A DNA stretch of 64,000 nucleotides, taken from contig NC_092346.1 in the NCBI RefSeq assembly GCF_963676685.1, forward strand, positions 32,922,001-32,986,000, in the 5' to 3' direction. The notes under the pieces were generated by a model. That model searched no databases. It was not told the DNA's origin and worked only from the letters and a program-made list of their open reading frames with translations. The translations under genes were made by a program, and so were the position numbers. Below, in pieces: positions 48,325-61,794 of this stretch (position 1 is the first letter of the stretch; every line of letters begins with the position of its first letter). The DNA comes from Mytilus edulis (lineage: Eukaryota).

Positions 48325-49560
48325 TTTTAATACTACCGCAAATATTAAAAAAAATTTGGTCTTATATTGGTATCATGTCGTCAGCGTCGATTGAAGACGG
48401 ATGGTTTCCAGATAATAACTTAGTTTAAGTGAATAGGAATCGATAAAATTTTATCACAAGGTTTATAACCACTTAAGGAAGGTTGGGATTGACTTTGGGG
48501 GTTTTGGTGTCAACAGTTTCGGAACAAGGGGCCCAAAAAGGGTTCAAAATAAGTATTTTTCTAGTTTCCAGACAATAACTTGTGTGTAAGTGTATTGATC
48601 TTTCTGAAATTGAACCACAAGGTTCCATTCCCAAAATGGAAGGTTGGGATTGATTTTGGGGGTATGGCCCAAACCTGTTTAGGAATTAGGGGCCAAAAAG
48701 GGACCAAAAACAATACTTCTCTTATACTTTGTATGAATTGCTTATTTCTTGACCAATTTCAATGGGGTTTTATTCTTGAATTCTTGGGGTTCTTAAATAT
48801 ACTGATTCTAACAGTGTATTAAGTTTTTGGAATTTGGTCCCCATTTTTTGATTGGTTTACATTAGGTCATTTGTTTGATTTCATCAAAAATTGAGTTATT
48901 GAGGTTCTTTGATATGCCAAATCTAACGCTGTATTTAGATTTTTAATTTTGGGGCCTGTTTTCAAATTGGTCTACATTATGGTCCAAAGGGTCCAAAATA
49001 AAACTAAGTTTGATTTTAACAAAAATTGAATTCTTGGGGTTCATTGATATGCTGAATCTAAACATGTATTTAGATTTTTTATTATGGGCCCAGTTTTCAA
49101 GTTGGTCCAAATTGGGTCCAAAATTTAACTTTGTTTGATTTCAACAAAAATTGAATGTATGGGGTTCTCTGTCTTTGATATGCTTAATCTAACCATGTAT
49201 TTTGATTTTTGATTTTTTGGCCCTGTTACCAAATTAGTCCAAATTAAAGTCAAAAGGGTCCAAAATTAAACTTTGTTTGATTTCATCAAACGTTGAATTC
49301 TTGGGATTCTTCGAAATGCTGAATCAAGCCATGGCCATGTATTTAGATTTTGGATATTAGACCATAATAGGTAAATTAAATTTGTTAAATTTATAAGACC
49401 ACATTCATTCTGTGTCAGAAACCTATGCTGTGTCAACTATTTAATCACAATCCAAATCCAGAGCTGTATCAAGCTTGAATGTTGTGTCCATACTTGCCCC
49501 AACTGTTCAGGGTTCAACCTCTGCGGTCATATAAAGCTGCGCCCTGCAGAGTATCTGGTT
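48325..49560 (+). mobile_element. Helentron/HINE-like non-autonomous element with internal tandem repeats
   Basis: Subterminal inverted motif tactaccgca / tgcggtcatata, gtc microsatellite seed, T-rich ends; same family as 50592-52678. Confidence 0.65.
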
Positions 49561-49883
49561 TTCTCCCTTTGAACTGTTAAACACTACTGATATTGACATG
49601 TGTGAAAAACAGTGATTTTATATGAGCTGAGTGACTAGAGCTTTCTGCAGTTGGTGCATCAGTTAATTTGTCATGACCTGCAATCTAATACTCAGGATAT
49701 TTGTATATTCTCTAACAACTCAAAAATTATCTGATCACTAATTTCAAAATTGCTCAATATAACATGACCTATCATGGGCTACTGTAGGCCATAGTATAGA
49801 TATCATTCTAATCAAATCATGTTTCATTGAAACATTTTTCTTGTGATTTTAGCAACATTAAGGATGAGATCCCCTATATTTTG

Positions 49884-52800
49884 TTTTAAGCTCACCTGGC
49901 CCAAAGGGCCAAGTGAGCTTTTCTCATCACTTGGCGTCCGTCGTCCTTCGTCTGTTAACTTTTAGAAAATCTTCTCCACTGAAACTACTGGGCCAAATGA
50001 AACCAAACTTGGCCTAAATCATCCTTATGGTATTTAGCTTAAAAAAATGTATCTGATGACCCCCGCCAATCAACCAAGATGACCACCATGGCTAAAAATA
50101 GAACATAGGGGTAAAATGCAGTTTTTGGCTTATAGCATTTATAGCAAATCAGACATGGGGTAAAAATGTTCCTCAGATCAAGATATATCTGCCCTGAAAT
50201 TTTCAGACACATCAGACAACCGGTTGTTGGGTTGCTGCTCCTAAATTGGTAATTTTAAGGAAATTTTAGTTTTTAAATCATTATCTTGAATATTTAAAAA
50301 TAAAGGGATAAACTGTAAATAGCAAAATTGTTCAGCAAAGTATGTCACAAATATGTCACCATGACCGAAATGGTCAATTGACCCCTTTAGAGTCAAGTTT
50401 TCACACCTTTTCTGAATTTTTTGTAAGTTCTTACAAAAATCTACTCCTCTAAAAATACTGGGCTAAATTAAACCAAACTTGGCTAAAATCATTCTTAGGG
50501 TATCTAGTTTTTAAAATGTATCCGATGACCCTGCCCATTAACCAAGATGGTTGCCATGGAAAAACATATAGTACATACATGTAAAATGCAGTTTTTATAC
50601 GACCGCAAAAATTTTAATTTTTTGGTTGTATATTGCTATCACGTTGGCGTCGTCGTCATCGTCGTCAAAATACTTTTAGTTTTCGCACTTTAACTTTAGT
50701 AAAAGTGAATAGAAATCAATGAAATTTTAACACAAGGTTTATGACCACAAAAGGAAGGTTGGGATTGATTTTGGGAGTTTTGGTCCCAACATTTTAGGAA
50801 TTAGGGGCCGAAAAGAGCCCAAATAAGCATTTTCTTGGTTTTCGCACTATAACTTTAGTTTAAGTGAATAGAAATCTATGAAATTTTGACACAAGGTTTA
50901 TGACCACAAAAGGACGGTTGGGATTGATTTTGGGAGTTTTGGTCCCAACAGTTTAGGAATTAAGGGCCAAAAAAGGGCCCAAATAAGCATTATTCTTGGT
51001 TTTCGCACAATAACTTTAGTATAAGTAAATAGAAATCAATGAAATTTTAACACAAGGTTTATGACCACAAAAGGAAGGTTGGGATTGATTTTTGGAGTTG
51101 AGGTCACAACAGTTTATGATTTAGGGGCCAAAAAGGGGCCCAAATAAGCATTATTCTTGTTTTTTGCACCATAACTTTAGTATAAGTAAATAGAAATCTA
51201 TGAAATTTAAACACAAAGTTTATGACCATAAAAGGAAGGTTGGGTTTGATTTTGGGAGTTTTGGTCCCAACAGTTTAGGAATAAGGGGCCCAAAGGGTCC
51301 AAAATTGAACTTTGTGTGATTTCATCAAAAATTGAATAATTGGGGTTCTTTGATATGCCGAATCTAACTATGTATGTAGATTCTTAATTTTTGGTCCCAT
51401 TTTCAAATTGGTCTACATTAAGGTCCAAAGGGTCCAAAATTAAACTTTGTTTGATTTTAACAAAAATTGAATCTTTGGGGTTCTTTGATATGCTGAATTT
51501 AAGAATGTACTTAGATTTTATATTATTGGCCTAGTTTTCAAGTTGGTCCAAATGGGGGTCCAAAATTAAACTTTGTTTGATTTCATCAAAAATTGAATAA
51601 ATGGGTTCTTTATATGCCAAATCTAACTGTGTATGTAGATTCTTAATTTTGGTCAAGTTTTCAAATTGGTCTACATTAAGGTCCAAAGGGTCCAAAGGGT
51701 CCAAAATTAAACTGAGTTTCATTTTAACAAAAATTAAATTCTTGGGCTTATTTGATATGCTTTATCTAAATATGTACTTTGATTTTTGATTATGGGCCCA
51801 GTTTTCAAGTTGGTCCAATTCAGGATTCCATATTAAGTATTGTGCAATAGCAAGAAATTTTCAATTGCACAGTATTGCACAATAGCAAGAAATTTTCAAT
51901 TGCACAGTATTGCACAATAGCAAGAAATATCTAATTGCACAAAATTAATTTTCAATTGGAGTTATCTTTCTTTGTATAGAATAGTAGTTGATAATATATG
52001 TTGGAAATTTACCAGACATGACTATGATGTCATTTTCTATTTTTATTTGCCAATAACTTTATGTAAATAACTTCATTGGAAATTTGCCAATATAAAATGT
52101 TGCTGATGAAGCTTTTTTTCCTTATCTTATCTAAAATGTTTTTAGATAATGTATGTTGGACATTTGCCAGACATGACTATGATGTCATTTTCTATTTTTA
52201 TTTGCCAATAACTTTATGTAAATAACTTCATTGGAAATTTGCCAATATAAAATGTTGCTGATGAAGTTTTTTTTTCCTTATCTTATCTAAAATATATTTA
52301 GCTTAAAAGTTGTGTCTATACTTGTTCTCATTTCAGATTTCATAAATAAAAAGAAAATTTCTTCAAACATTTTTTTGACAGGATTAATATTCAACAGCAT
52401 AGTGAATTGCTTAAAGGCAAAACAAATTTTAAGTTCATTAGACCACATTCATTCTGTGTCAGAAACCTATGCTGTGTCAACTATTTAATTTTAGATTTAA
52501 ATAAGTTTGAAGAAGAAATCTTTAATTGATTTGTAAAATCTTGACATTTGTTTTGTGTAAAAAACCCATATAATGTCAAAAATTTGATCACAATCCAAAT
52601 TCAGAGCTGTATCACGCTTAAATGTTTTGTCCATACCTGTCCCAACTGTTCAGGGATCGACCTCTGCGGTCATATAAACTTTTTTAACATTTTTTTTTAC
52701 AATTTTTGTAATCTTTTACAAAGTTCTTCTCCTGAAACTACTAAGACAAATTTATCCAAACTTTGCCAAGTCAAAGAAACTAAACACTAAAAGATCAGAT

Positions 52801-52927
52801 ATACAAGATCAACAAAATACAGATTTTTTGTCATGGTCTATTCTCTTCTACAGTGTTGGAGAGTGTCCTTTGTTTGATATGCCCATATACCAAGGTGAGC
52901 GACACAGACTCTTGAGAGTCTCTAGTT
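49884..52927 (+). mobile_element. Helentron/HINE-like element, present only in duplication copy B
   Basis: gctcacct (49890) / aggtgagc (52893), 5' palindrome ggcccaaagggcc, 3' hairpin agactc-ttga-gagtct; its flanks are contiguous in copy A (~43714). Confidence 0.75.
50592..52678 (+). mobile_element. Nested HINE-like element with satellite-like internal arrays
   Basis: tatacgaccgca / tgcggtcatata subterminal inverted repeats, (gtc)n seed, ~180-bp tandem units at 50680-51290. Confidence 0.7.
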
Positions 52928-54574
52928 ATATTTATTATTGTGTAGCTTTACTGTAGCAACTCATAGGCATAAACTGACATTTTCTCTTTTTCATATAAGT
53001 ATGTTTGTCTGACATCTATCATTTGAACAGAACTTGAAGACTCTAAGCATTTTGTGATTTATTATGGATAAATGATATGCTGGTAGTCACTTTCATGCTT
53101 CCACACTTGTTGATTACTCTATTATACAGTAAATATTGAATGTAATGTGTTTATTTATCACTGTAAATCTTTGTCTATTAACCTTTATCTCCGGTTTTCA
53201 GTCTCAGTGGATGAGTGGTCTAAGTAGTTCATCTACACTAGCAAGTCAACATTGAGGTTGTGAATAACCTCATCATAGATACCAGGATTGAAATTTTATA
53301 TAAACGCCAGACGCGTGTTTTGTCTACAAAAGACTCATCAGTGACGCTCGAATAAAAAAATCTTGAGTTTCAACTCAATTTGGCAAGGTGCTTTTGACTC
53401 AGATTTCAATTGACTAGAATGGAGTTTGCCTGCTTTAGGTTGGTGGGTCTCTGTTGTTACTCGTGTTTTCTTCACCAATAAAACTAATCACTGTAGTATA
53501 GCCAATTGTCAGAAAAGTGGTTTTAGACACCAACAAGCAATCAATTAAATAACCAGTAATTGGTCGTTAGGATGGTGGGGCTCTATTGGTACTCCTACTT
53601 TCTCCACCAAGAAACTGGACACTAAACAGAGCAAAAGGTGAAAGTTGTGTTAAACTCCAACAATCAATCAATCAAACAACCAGTAATTAAGTGGATATTT
53701 AGGGTCCCTGTTGGTACTCCTGCTCCCTCAAGTATTAAAACTGATTACTTAATATAGCCAAAGGTCAAAGTTGTGTTAAACCCCAACAATCAATCAATCA
53801 AAATTTGACAGATTTTTGGTTGGTCTCTGTTTGTGCTTTTTCACCAATAAAACTGATCATATAATATAGCCAAGTGTGAAGGTGGTGTTAAACGCCAACA
53901 ATTAATCAATCAAGCAACCAGTAATTGGGCATATTTTTCAGGGATATCTGTTGATACTCCTGCTTCCTCCACAAATAAAATCAATCAATTGATCAATATG
54001 AACTTTCATTTCTACCTGTGACAACTGATTAAGGGGGCTCGCGGGTATAAACCAAATTTTTTCCTTATATGGGATTTCCCTATATTTTTCTATAAATAAA
54101 CTTCATCTTATACTTAATAGAAATATAGAATAAAAACATGGGGTCACCGGACATTTATTCTCACAATCTGCCTTCGAGAGAAGCATACATTTTTGTAAAA
54201 TTACTTTTTTTCTGTTGAACTAATAGGAGAAATATAGATTATATCGAAATAAAAAAAGAAAGCAATTACAGAACTCACCCAAATTTTACAATAGAGTAGT
54301 TTAAGTACAGCTTATTTAAAAAAAAATAATGAAAAAAAATATATATCACCGTTGAGTTAAAAAAGATATTTCAATTTTAATGCAAAAAAATTGCATTTTT
54401 GCACCAAAGGGAGATAATTTGGAGCTTTTTCGGTGATATATCCATTTTGAAAGTCATCTGGGGTCAAAACGAATTGACTTTTTGGAATGATTATTGCTGT
54501 AAAAAAAATTGTAATGAAAAAAAAAAAATTTCTGAAATTTTTATAACCACAAGCCTCCTTAAAGAATAATCAGC

Positions 54575-54890
54575 TCATCAATCAACAAATCAATCAATCA
54601 ATTGATCAATATGAACTTTCATTTCTACCTGTGATAACTGCTTAACAATTAATCCACATCAATCAACAAATCAATCAATCAATTGATCAATATGAACTTT
54701 CATTTCTACCTGTGATAACTGCTTAACAATTAATCCACTTATCAATCAACAAATCAATCAATCAATTGATCAATATGAACTTTCATTTCTACCTGTGATA
54801 ACTGCTTAACAATTAATCCACTTATCAATCAACAAATCAATCAATCAATTGATCAATATGAACTTTCATTTCTAACTTTGATAACTGGGT
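54575..54890. repeat. ~70-bp tandem repeat (4-5 copies; single copy in paralog A)
   Basis: atcaatcaacaaatcaatcaatcaattgatcaatatgaactttcatttctacctgtgataactgcttaac repeated. Confidence 0.88.
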
Positions 54891-55466
54891 AACGATAAAC
54901 CAACAAACCAATATTTAGAAAATATCCTCAGATCTTGTTGGATGTTGGAACAACCAACAAAAATCAATCACCAACGGATCAACCAACCAAAAATGTATGT
55001 TAGTAAAGGGGGAGACGTCCATTGACAATTATTTCGACAATTGATTTTATTTTTTGATAGTGTTAATAATAATAATTCTGGTATATTCACTTATCATTGA
55101 AGACTGTTTGTTGATGCATATATTTCTCTTGTTTAGATCTCTTTTTTTGTTTTTAAGTTGCTGTCTTATTGTCAATACACTATGTCCCCCTTTTATACAT
55201 ATTTGTCAGATATCAAACTAAAAATAATTTCACTATCAATTAAGGTAATTCTTATTATGATCTTTGGCTTTAGTTGGGATCCATGGTATGCTTGAAAAGT
55301 AACATTTTGAATAAAAAGGAAAATAACTGTTATACAAGATATTGGTCTAATCAGTTCTGGTAAGTTCACTCGTAAGCTGTCAGTCCAGTTGTCATATGCA
55401 TATGACATGGATATTGTTTGCCTTATACTATTTCACATATTTCTTTTTCATTAAAGTTTGAAAGTT

Positions 55467-57155
55467 TTAGAATCCTTCAATTTTTATTACATATAGCTTT
55501 GCATCTTTAGTTTTAGTACCTGCAGCCCTACTGCATCCTATATAAAGTTGTCCAGTTGTGTTGATAGCAAGAGAAATTGGAAACTCTATTCCTATATCCT
55601 TGGTATTGAAATATGAAATCAAATGACCATTGTCATTGAGGATGTGTAAGATTGGAATATTCAGATCTGTCACAACAACATTGTCACTTGGTGTTGTCAC
55701 AATGCGTACTGGTTTGAATGGTTTACTCTTATTGATAGTTGGATGACCTGTATACTGGTTTATGATATGTCCTCCTTGTCCTAAGACCACTACTTTACCT
55801 CTAGCATCATCTGAAATCCTATCCACTACATGTATATTTCCAGTACATGTAGTGGTTATATACCATGGGTTATTAAATATAGGTTGATTATGTTCATCAT
55901 TTTCATACACAGTCTCCTTGTCTCCTTTCTTGTTCATAATGATCACAGTTTCTCTTTTTAGTTCATTATTATAAGCTGCTACTATTAGTTTATTGTCACT
56001 GATAACATGGATAGCATTGGGAAGTAAAGGTGATACATTATAAACAGAATCAGTCAGTTCACCACTACTGCTGATTTGTTGTAAACTTTTTTTACCTTTA
56101 GCACACAGAAGGAGTTGATTAGATGGAGTAACTGCCATTCCATACACTTCAATGTTTAATTTAGACATCACCTTTAGGTTGGTTCCTTCAGGTTTTACTC
56201 TCTGTAACATTCCATAACTACCAGAACTTATCCAAATTGTCTGATCAAGGCATGGACCTACTAATGCTATTGACTCAAGTTCAGTCTGGTACTCACTATT
56301 GATGACTAGGGAGGTGTTTATTTCTGCTGACAAGTTTCCATCATCTTGTAGCGATCCAATGTTTGATTGGGTAAAATTCCCTGGAATAAATTTCTGTGAA
56401 GAACTATAGCTAGGCCTGGTTCGTGGTTCTTGGGTTTCAGTGAATTTCTCCATCTTCTTGACCTCTTTGAAAAACTCCGAGGCATTGGAAATGTCAATAC
56501 AGTCCTGGACTTCATTGATTTTGTCCTCCTTCTGGTTTGTGAATGATGATATAGCATTAAGATCAGATTTGACTGATAATAAAACAGTTTCGTGATTCTG
56601 TTCCAGTTTATTTTTGAGTTCTTTAAAATATTGTTCTACTTGTTGTTTTACGGTTTCCTCATGACTTTGAATATTTCTTTTTTCCTTGTTATACTTTATA
56701 TTTTCAGCGGACACTAATTTATTGAGCTGGTCTTTCTTTGCATTGGTTGTATAATTACTCTTCTGCATTTTACTTTGTCCTTTTTTTAATATTTCTACTT
56801 TGATGTTGTATGCATCACTAATTTCGATTAAATCGTGCTTCTTATGAACTTTGGCAACACAGGTTGGACACACTAGGATTTCACATGTATTACAGTAAAG
56901 ACATGATGATTGTCCAGTGTGTTCATTACACTTAATATTAGTAAAATCCAGTTCTTCCTTATGCAGTCCAATCTCTTCTCTTTTGATGATCTTATGATCA
57001 AGTGCATTTTTGAATTGAGAATGTACATTGTCCTTGCAATGGGCACACATCATAATACTGCAGTCCATGCATTTCCACTGAATTGGTCTATCTGTTTTAC
57101 ATAATTTACAATTAACAGGAACTTGACCTCCTCCAAACGGCTGAGAGGAAGCCAT
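55467..57155 (-). CDS. TRIM-like paralog B (B-boxes, coiled coil, NHL-like propeller), nested in GCN2 intron 9
   Basis: 562 aa, ungapped alignment with paralog A, about 80% identical by eye. Confidence 0.9.
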   Translation of the reverse strand: MASSQPFGGGQVPVNCKLCKTDRPIQWKCMDCSIMMCAHCKDNVHSQFKNALDHKIIKREEIGLHKEELDFTNIKCNEHTGQSSCLYCNTCEILVCPTCVAKVHKKHDLIEISDAYNIKVEILKKGQSKMQKSNYTTNAKKDQLNKLVSAENIKYNKEKRNIQSHEETVKQQVEQYFKELKNKLEQNHETVLLSVKSDLNAISSFTNQKEDKINEVQDCIDISNASEFFKEVKKMEKFTETQEPRTRPSYSSSQKFIPGNFTQSNIGSLQDDGNLSAEINTSLVINSEYQTELESIALVGPCLDQTIWISSGSYGMLQRVKPEGTNLKVMSKLNIEVYGMAVTPSNQLLLCAKGKKSLQQISSSGELTDSVYNVSPLLPNAIHVISDNKLIVAAYNNELKRETVIIMNKKGDKETVYENDEHNQPIFNNPWYITTTCTGNIHVVDRISDDARGKVVVLGQGGHIINQYTGHPTINKSKPFKPVRIVTTPSDNVVVTDLNIPILHILNDNGHLISYFNTKDIGIEFPISLAINTTGQLYIGCSRAAGTKTKDAKLYVIKIEGF

Positions 57156-58179
57156 ATTTGTCAGGTGTGTTCAAAGTATTTCACTTCCTTGTTTGATCTA
57201 TTTTTAAGTTGTTATGATCAATAAGTTAAATACCCTTGTACTTAGTGAATATACTGAAACATGATAACAGTGAACAAATAATTTATCGTTTGTGTAAATT
57301 TAAATACCATGATTGAGAAGACCATAAATATTATATTGCACATGCTTACAATAATTTACAACTAATTAGGTTAACTTAACTGACTGTCCCTAAGATAATC
57401 TACTTATTTTTTAGTCTGTTTGACTGTTAGTCTTTCTGTTTATCAATGCATCCATCCATTCCAAATCAAGTTCAAAAATGATGTGAACTTTAAAAAAAAT
57501 TATGCTAAATAATGATTTTCACCCATATATTACAGATCACTGATCAGGTTAAAGTTTTGTTTAGGGTAGTTTCCAATAAAGTTGTAGTCATGTCAACTTG
57601 AAACTTAAAAATCAACACAAAATAAATTAGGGTTTTGAACCAGATTTCACGGTTTACTGAATATGGAAATGTGATAGTATGAGCGGGGCAATGAGACGGA
57701 TGGACACATATTCTTGTTTAGACTACTTTCTTTTCTGTCCATTTTGGTTTGATCTGCCCTTCAATGTTTGAATTAGGTTTTAGACTTTAAAATTGTTTGG
57801 CTTACATTAGTACTGAAGAGACTCTTTTACGAGATGCAGTCAAAATTTGAACCTTTAATGCTATTATGGTTGAAGATGCTAACAGAGCATTATAATTTTA
57901 GTGATATCAATGTCAAGTCATCACAAAGGACATTTATCATTTGTAACAAATATTGATATGACATGAGTCATGTGACTTACAATGGGTCTCAGTCAATATT
58001 TTGAATAGAAATATATGTTGTTGCATTTGTATCAGTCATGCAGGAAAGTCATATTTACAACTAATTATATTTTTAAAAACATTACTGTTATCAATTGTGT
58101 TAAATATGAGAAATTCTTTTTTACATTTTTAATTTGATTCTTAGCATGAAATCAGTAGCGTATATAAGACCATTGTATA

Positions 58180-58493
58180 ATTTTTATGCTCCACTAAAGG
58201 GCAGTATGTTTTTTGGTCTGAGCGTCCGTTCGTTCGTTTGTTCGTTTGTTCGTCCATTCATCCGTTCTTCGTTTGTCTTGTCTGTCCTGCTTTAGGTTAA
58301 AGTTTTTGATTAACGTAGATTTTGATGAAGTTGAAGTCCAATCAACTTGAAACTTAGTACACATCTTCCCCATGATATGATCTTTTAAATTTTTATGCTT
58401 TATTAGAGTTTTGACCCCAATTGCACGGTCAACAGAACATTGAAAATTATAGTGCGGGTGTGGCATCCGTTTACTATGGACACATTCTTGTTT
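58180..58493 (+). mobile_element. Short HINE-like element
   Basis: tttttatgctcc start, (ttcg)n microsatellite, ggcatcc...acattcttgtt end; related remnants at ~43245-43370 and ~57545-57718. Confidence 0.55.
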
Positions 58494-58772
58494 GTCATAT
58501 TTTCACCACTGTCTTATTTTTAGGCAGATTGGCACTGAATTGCAAAATGTGCATCTGGTTAAGTAAAAAATGTACTGTTAATGTTATTACCAATTAAGAT
58601 ACAACTAATTCTATTTAACTGGTACTGTTATCAATTGTGTTAAACATGAGAAATTCTTTTTTACATTTTCAAATTGATTTCTTAGCATGAAATCAGTACA
58701 TGTACTATATATAAGACAATTATATAATTTTGTTCTATATCTTATAATTGTTTTTATTTATTTTCCAAACAG

Positions 58773-58924
58773 ATTTTAATGGATTACTCTGGAGGTGCTA
58801 GTCTCAACAAACATATAACAGAATCACGTCCACTATCTGTAGATATCATCAAGGATTACACAGAGGGAATTTTGTATGGATTAGATATTTACACAAAAAA
58901 GATGTGGTACATAAGTATCTAAGG
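58773..58924 (+). CDS. EIF2AK4: GCN2 exon 10 (pseudokinase), with an apparent 1-nt deletion
   Basis: ILMDYSGGASL...YTEGILYGLD, then in a shifted frame YLHKKDVVHKYLR|gtaggt; 152 nt rather than 153. Confidence 0.8.
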
Positions 58925-59301
58925 GTAGGTAACTGATGTTTAAATTATATTCAAAGTATATGCTTGTTCAATTAAATATGTATAATTAGGATCGGGATAA
59001 ATTATTGTCTATGCGACAGCAATCCACAAACACAATAGACAACAAAAGCAACATCTTGTATTTTTTCTATTTCAGTTTCTTGTGTACAATTTGGAAATAA
59101 GTATGGCGTTCATTATCACTGAACTAGGATATATTTGTTTAGGGGCCAGCTGAAGGTTGCCTCCGGGTGCGGGAATTTCTCGCTACATTGAAGACCTGTT
59201 GAGGACCTTCTGCTGTTGTTTTTTTCTATGGTCTGGTTGTTGTCTCTTTGACACATTCCCTATTTCCATTCTCAATTTTATCTTCAACATTTGACTTGTG
59301 A

Positions 59302-61440
59302 TTTTTGTTGAGCCTTCGACTTTAGTCGAAAAAGGGAGACATAGCTATCCTACATTCTGTCATTGTCGTCGGCAGTGGCGGTAGCGGCGGCAGTGGCGGC
59401 AGCGGCGGCAGCGGCGTCCACAAATATTCACCCAGTGGTTAAAGTTTTTGAAATTTTAATATCTTTCTTAAACTATACTGGATTTCTACCAAACTGGGAC
59501 AGAAGCTTGTTTATGATCATAAGTTAGTATCTAGAAGTAAATTTCGTAAAAATAAAATTCCTGTTATTCCGTATTTTACTTGTAAATGGACTAAGTTTTT
59601 CTGCCGGGAAACATAACATTCACTCTGTGCTTAAAGTTTTTAAAATTTTAATAACTTTCTTAAACTATACTGGATTTCTACCAAATTGGGACAGAAGCTT
59701 GTTTATGATCATAAGTTAGTATCTAGAAGTAAATTTCGTAAAAATAAAATTCCTGTTATTCCGTATTTTACTTGTAAATGGACTAAGTTTTTCTGCCGGG
59801 AAACATAACATTCACTCTGTGCTTAAAGTTTTTAAAATTTTAATAACTTTCTTAAACTATCCTGGATTTGTACCAAACTTGGACAGAAGCCTGTTTATGA
59901 TGATAAGAAAGTATCCAGAAGTAAATTTGTTTGAAAAAAATTCTGTTTTTGTCTTTTGTCGCAGAAAGCTCGACATAGGGATAGTGATCTGGCGGTAGCG
60001 GCATTAGCTAACTTCTTAAAAGCTTAATATTTAAGAAAGTGGAAGACCTAGATACTTATACTTTGTATATAGATGCCTCATGTTACAAAATTTCCGTCAG
60101 TCACATGTCCAATGTCCTTGACCTCATTTTCATGGTTCAGTGACTACTTAAAAAACAGTTAAGATTTTTTGTAATGTTAAATTTTCTCTTATTATAAGTA
60201 ATAGGATAACTATATTTGGTATGTGCGTACCTTGCAAGGTCCTCATGCCCGTCTTACAGTTTTCACATGACCTCGACCTCATTTCATGGATCAGTGAACA
60301 AGGTTAAGTTTTGGTGGTCAAGTCCATATCTCAGATACTATAAGCAATAGGTGTAGTATATTCAGTGTATGGAATGATTGTAAGGTGTACATGTCCAACT
60401 GGTAGGTGTCATCTGACCTTGACCTCATTTTCATGGTTCAGTGGTTATAGTTAAGTTTTTGTGTTTTGGTCTGCTTTTCTTAAAGTGTATGCAATAGGTC
60501 TACTATATTTAGTGTATGGAATAATTGTAAGGTGTTCATGTCCAACTGGGAGGTGTCATCTGACCTGGGCCTCATTTTCATGGCTCAGTGGTCACAGTTA
60601 AGTTTATGAGTTTTGTACTTTTTTCTATTACCAGCAAGCAGTAGGTCAAACTATATTTGGTGTATGGAAATATTTTATGATCTATACGTCAGTAGCGCAG
60701 GTTGTATTTGACCTTGACCTCATTTTCACAGTTCATTGCTCAGTGTTAAGTTTTGTGGTTTATTTTTTGTTTGTTAAACTATAAGCAATAGGTTATATAT
60801 AACTATATTTGTTGTATGGTTCATCTGACCTTGACCACATTTTCATGGTTCATTGGTCAAGGTTTAGTTTTCTTGGTTTATGTTAAGATTATGTGACATT
60901 TGTAATAAAGCTTTATATTTAGGACTATCAACATAATATCAAGGATTAGTAAAGAAGGCAAGACATTTCAGCATGTGCACTCTTGTTTCTGTAATTTACT
61001 TATAAATGGACTTAGTTTTTTCTGCCAGGAAACATTACTTTAACTCTGTGGTTAACGTTTTTAAAATATTAATAACTGTCTTAAACTATCCTGGATTTGT
61101 ACCAAACTTGGATGGAAGCTTGTTTATGACCATAAGATAGTATCCAGAAGTAAATTTATTAAAAACAAAATTCTATTTTTTCAGTATTTTACTTATAAAT
61201 GGACTTAGTTTTTCTTCCAGTTAACATTACAGAAAGTCTGCAGTTAAAGTTTTTAAAACAATTATGAGATGCATAAATTATCCTGGATGTTTACCAAACT
61301 TGGACAGAAGCTTCTTACAATCAAACTATAGTATTGAGAGAATTTTTTTTTATTGATTTAATTCCTCATTTTTGTTGAGCCTGCCATTAACAGCAAAAGT
61401 AGCAAGACACTGGGTTCCGCGGAACCCTTGCAAATTTTTA
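59302..61440 (+). mobile_element. HINE-like element with ~180-bp internal repeats and a second element nested at ~59950-60987
   Basis: tttgttgagcct at both ends, (ggcagc)n seed, 3' hairpin gggttccgcggaaccc; host unit interrupted at ~59950 and resumed at ~60988. Confidence 0.65.
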
Positions 61441-61521
61441 GGTTGAAGTATTTTTTTTTATCTGGATCAATATATATAATTAAATCATACAGAGATAAAA
61501 CATACAATTTAAATCAATTAA

Positions 61522-61794
61522 GGTGGTACCTAACACTACAGGGAGATAACTCTGTAAAGTCAGCGAAACGTTTTAATAACGTTGTGTTGTAAAGGGAATA
61601 TTGAGCTTCTCAATGATCAAAATTGATGTTTGTCAAACAGCTATATAACCAGTGTAATTTTTTTGACAAAACGGTTGGCTCAAAATTTTTGAAATTTTTA
61701 TATTTTTGTTAAAGGGTCAAAGTAAATACATTGTCAAAATTTTATGAAAATTAAACGAGCCAAATTAATTTTAGTGAAAGTGTTGGGTACCACC
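61522..61794. mobile_element. Kolobok-like MITE
   Basis: ttaa|ggtggtacctaacact ... agtgttgggtaccacc|ttaa. Confidence 0.8.

Noticed and set aside
57810-57845. Possible third hammerhead (ctgaagag...cgaga)
   Set aside because: Stems and GAAA core too degraded to support.
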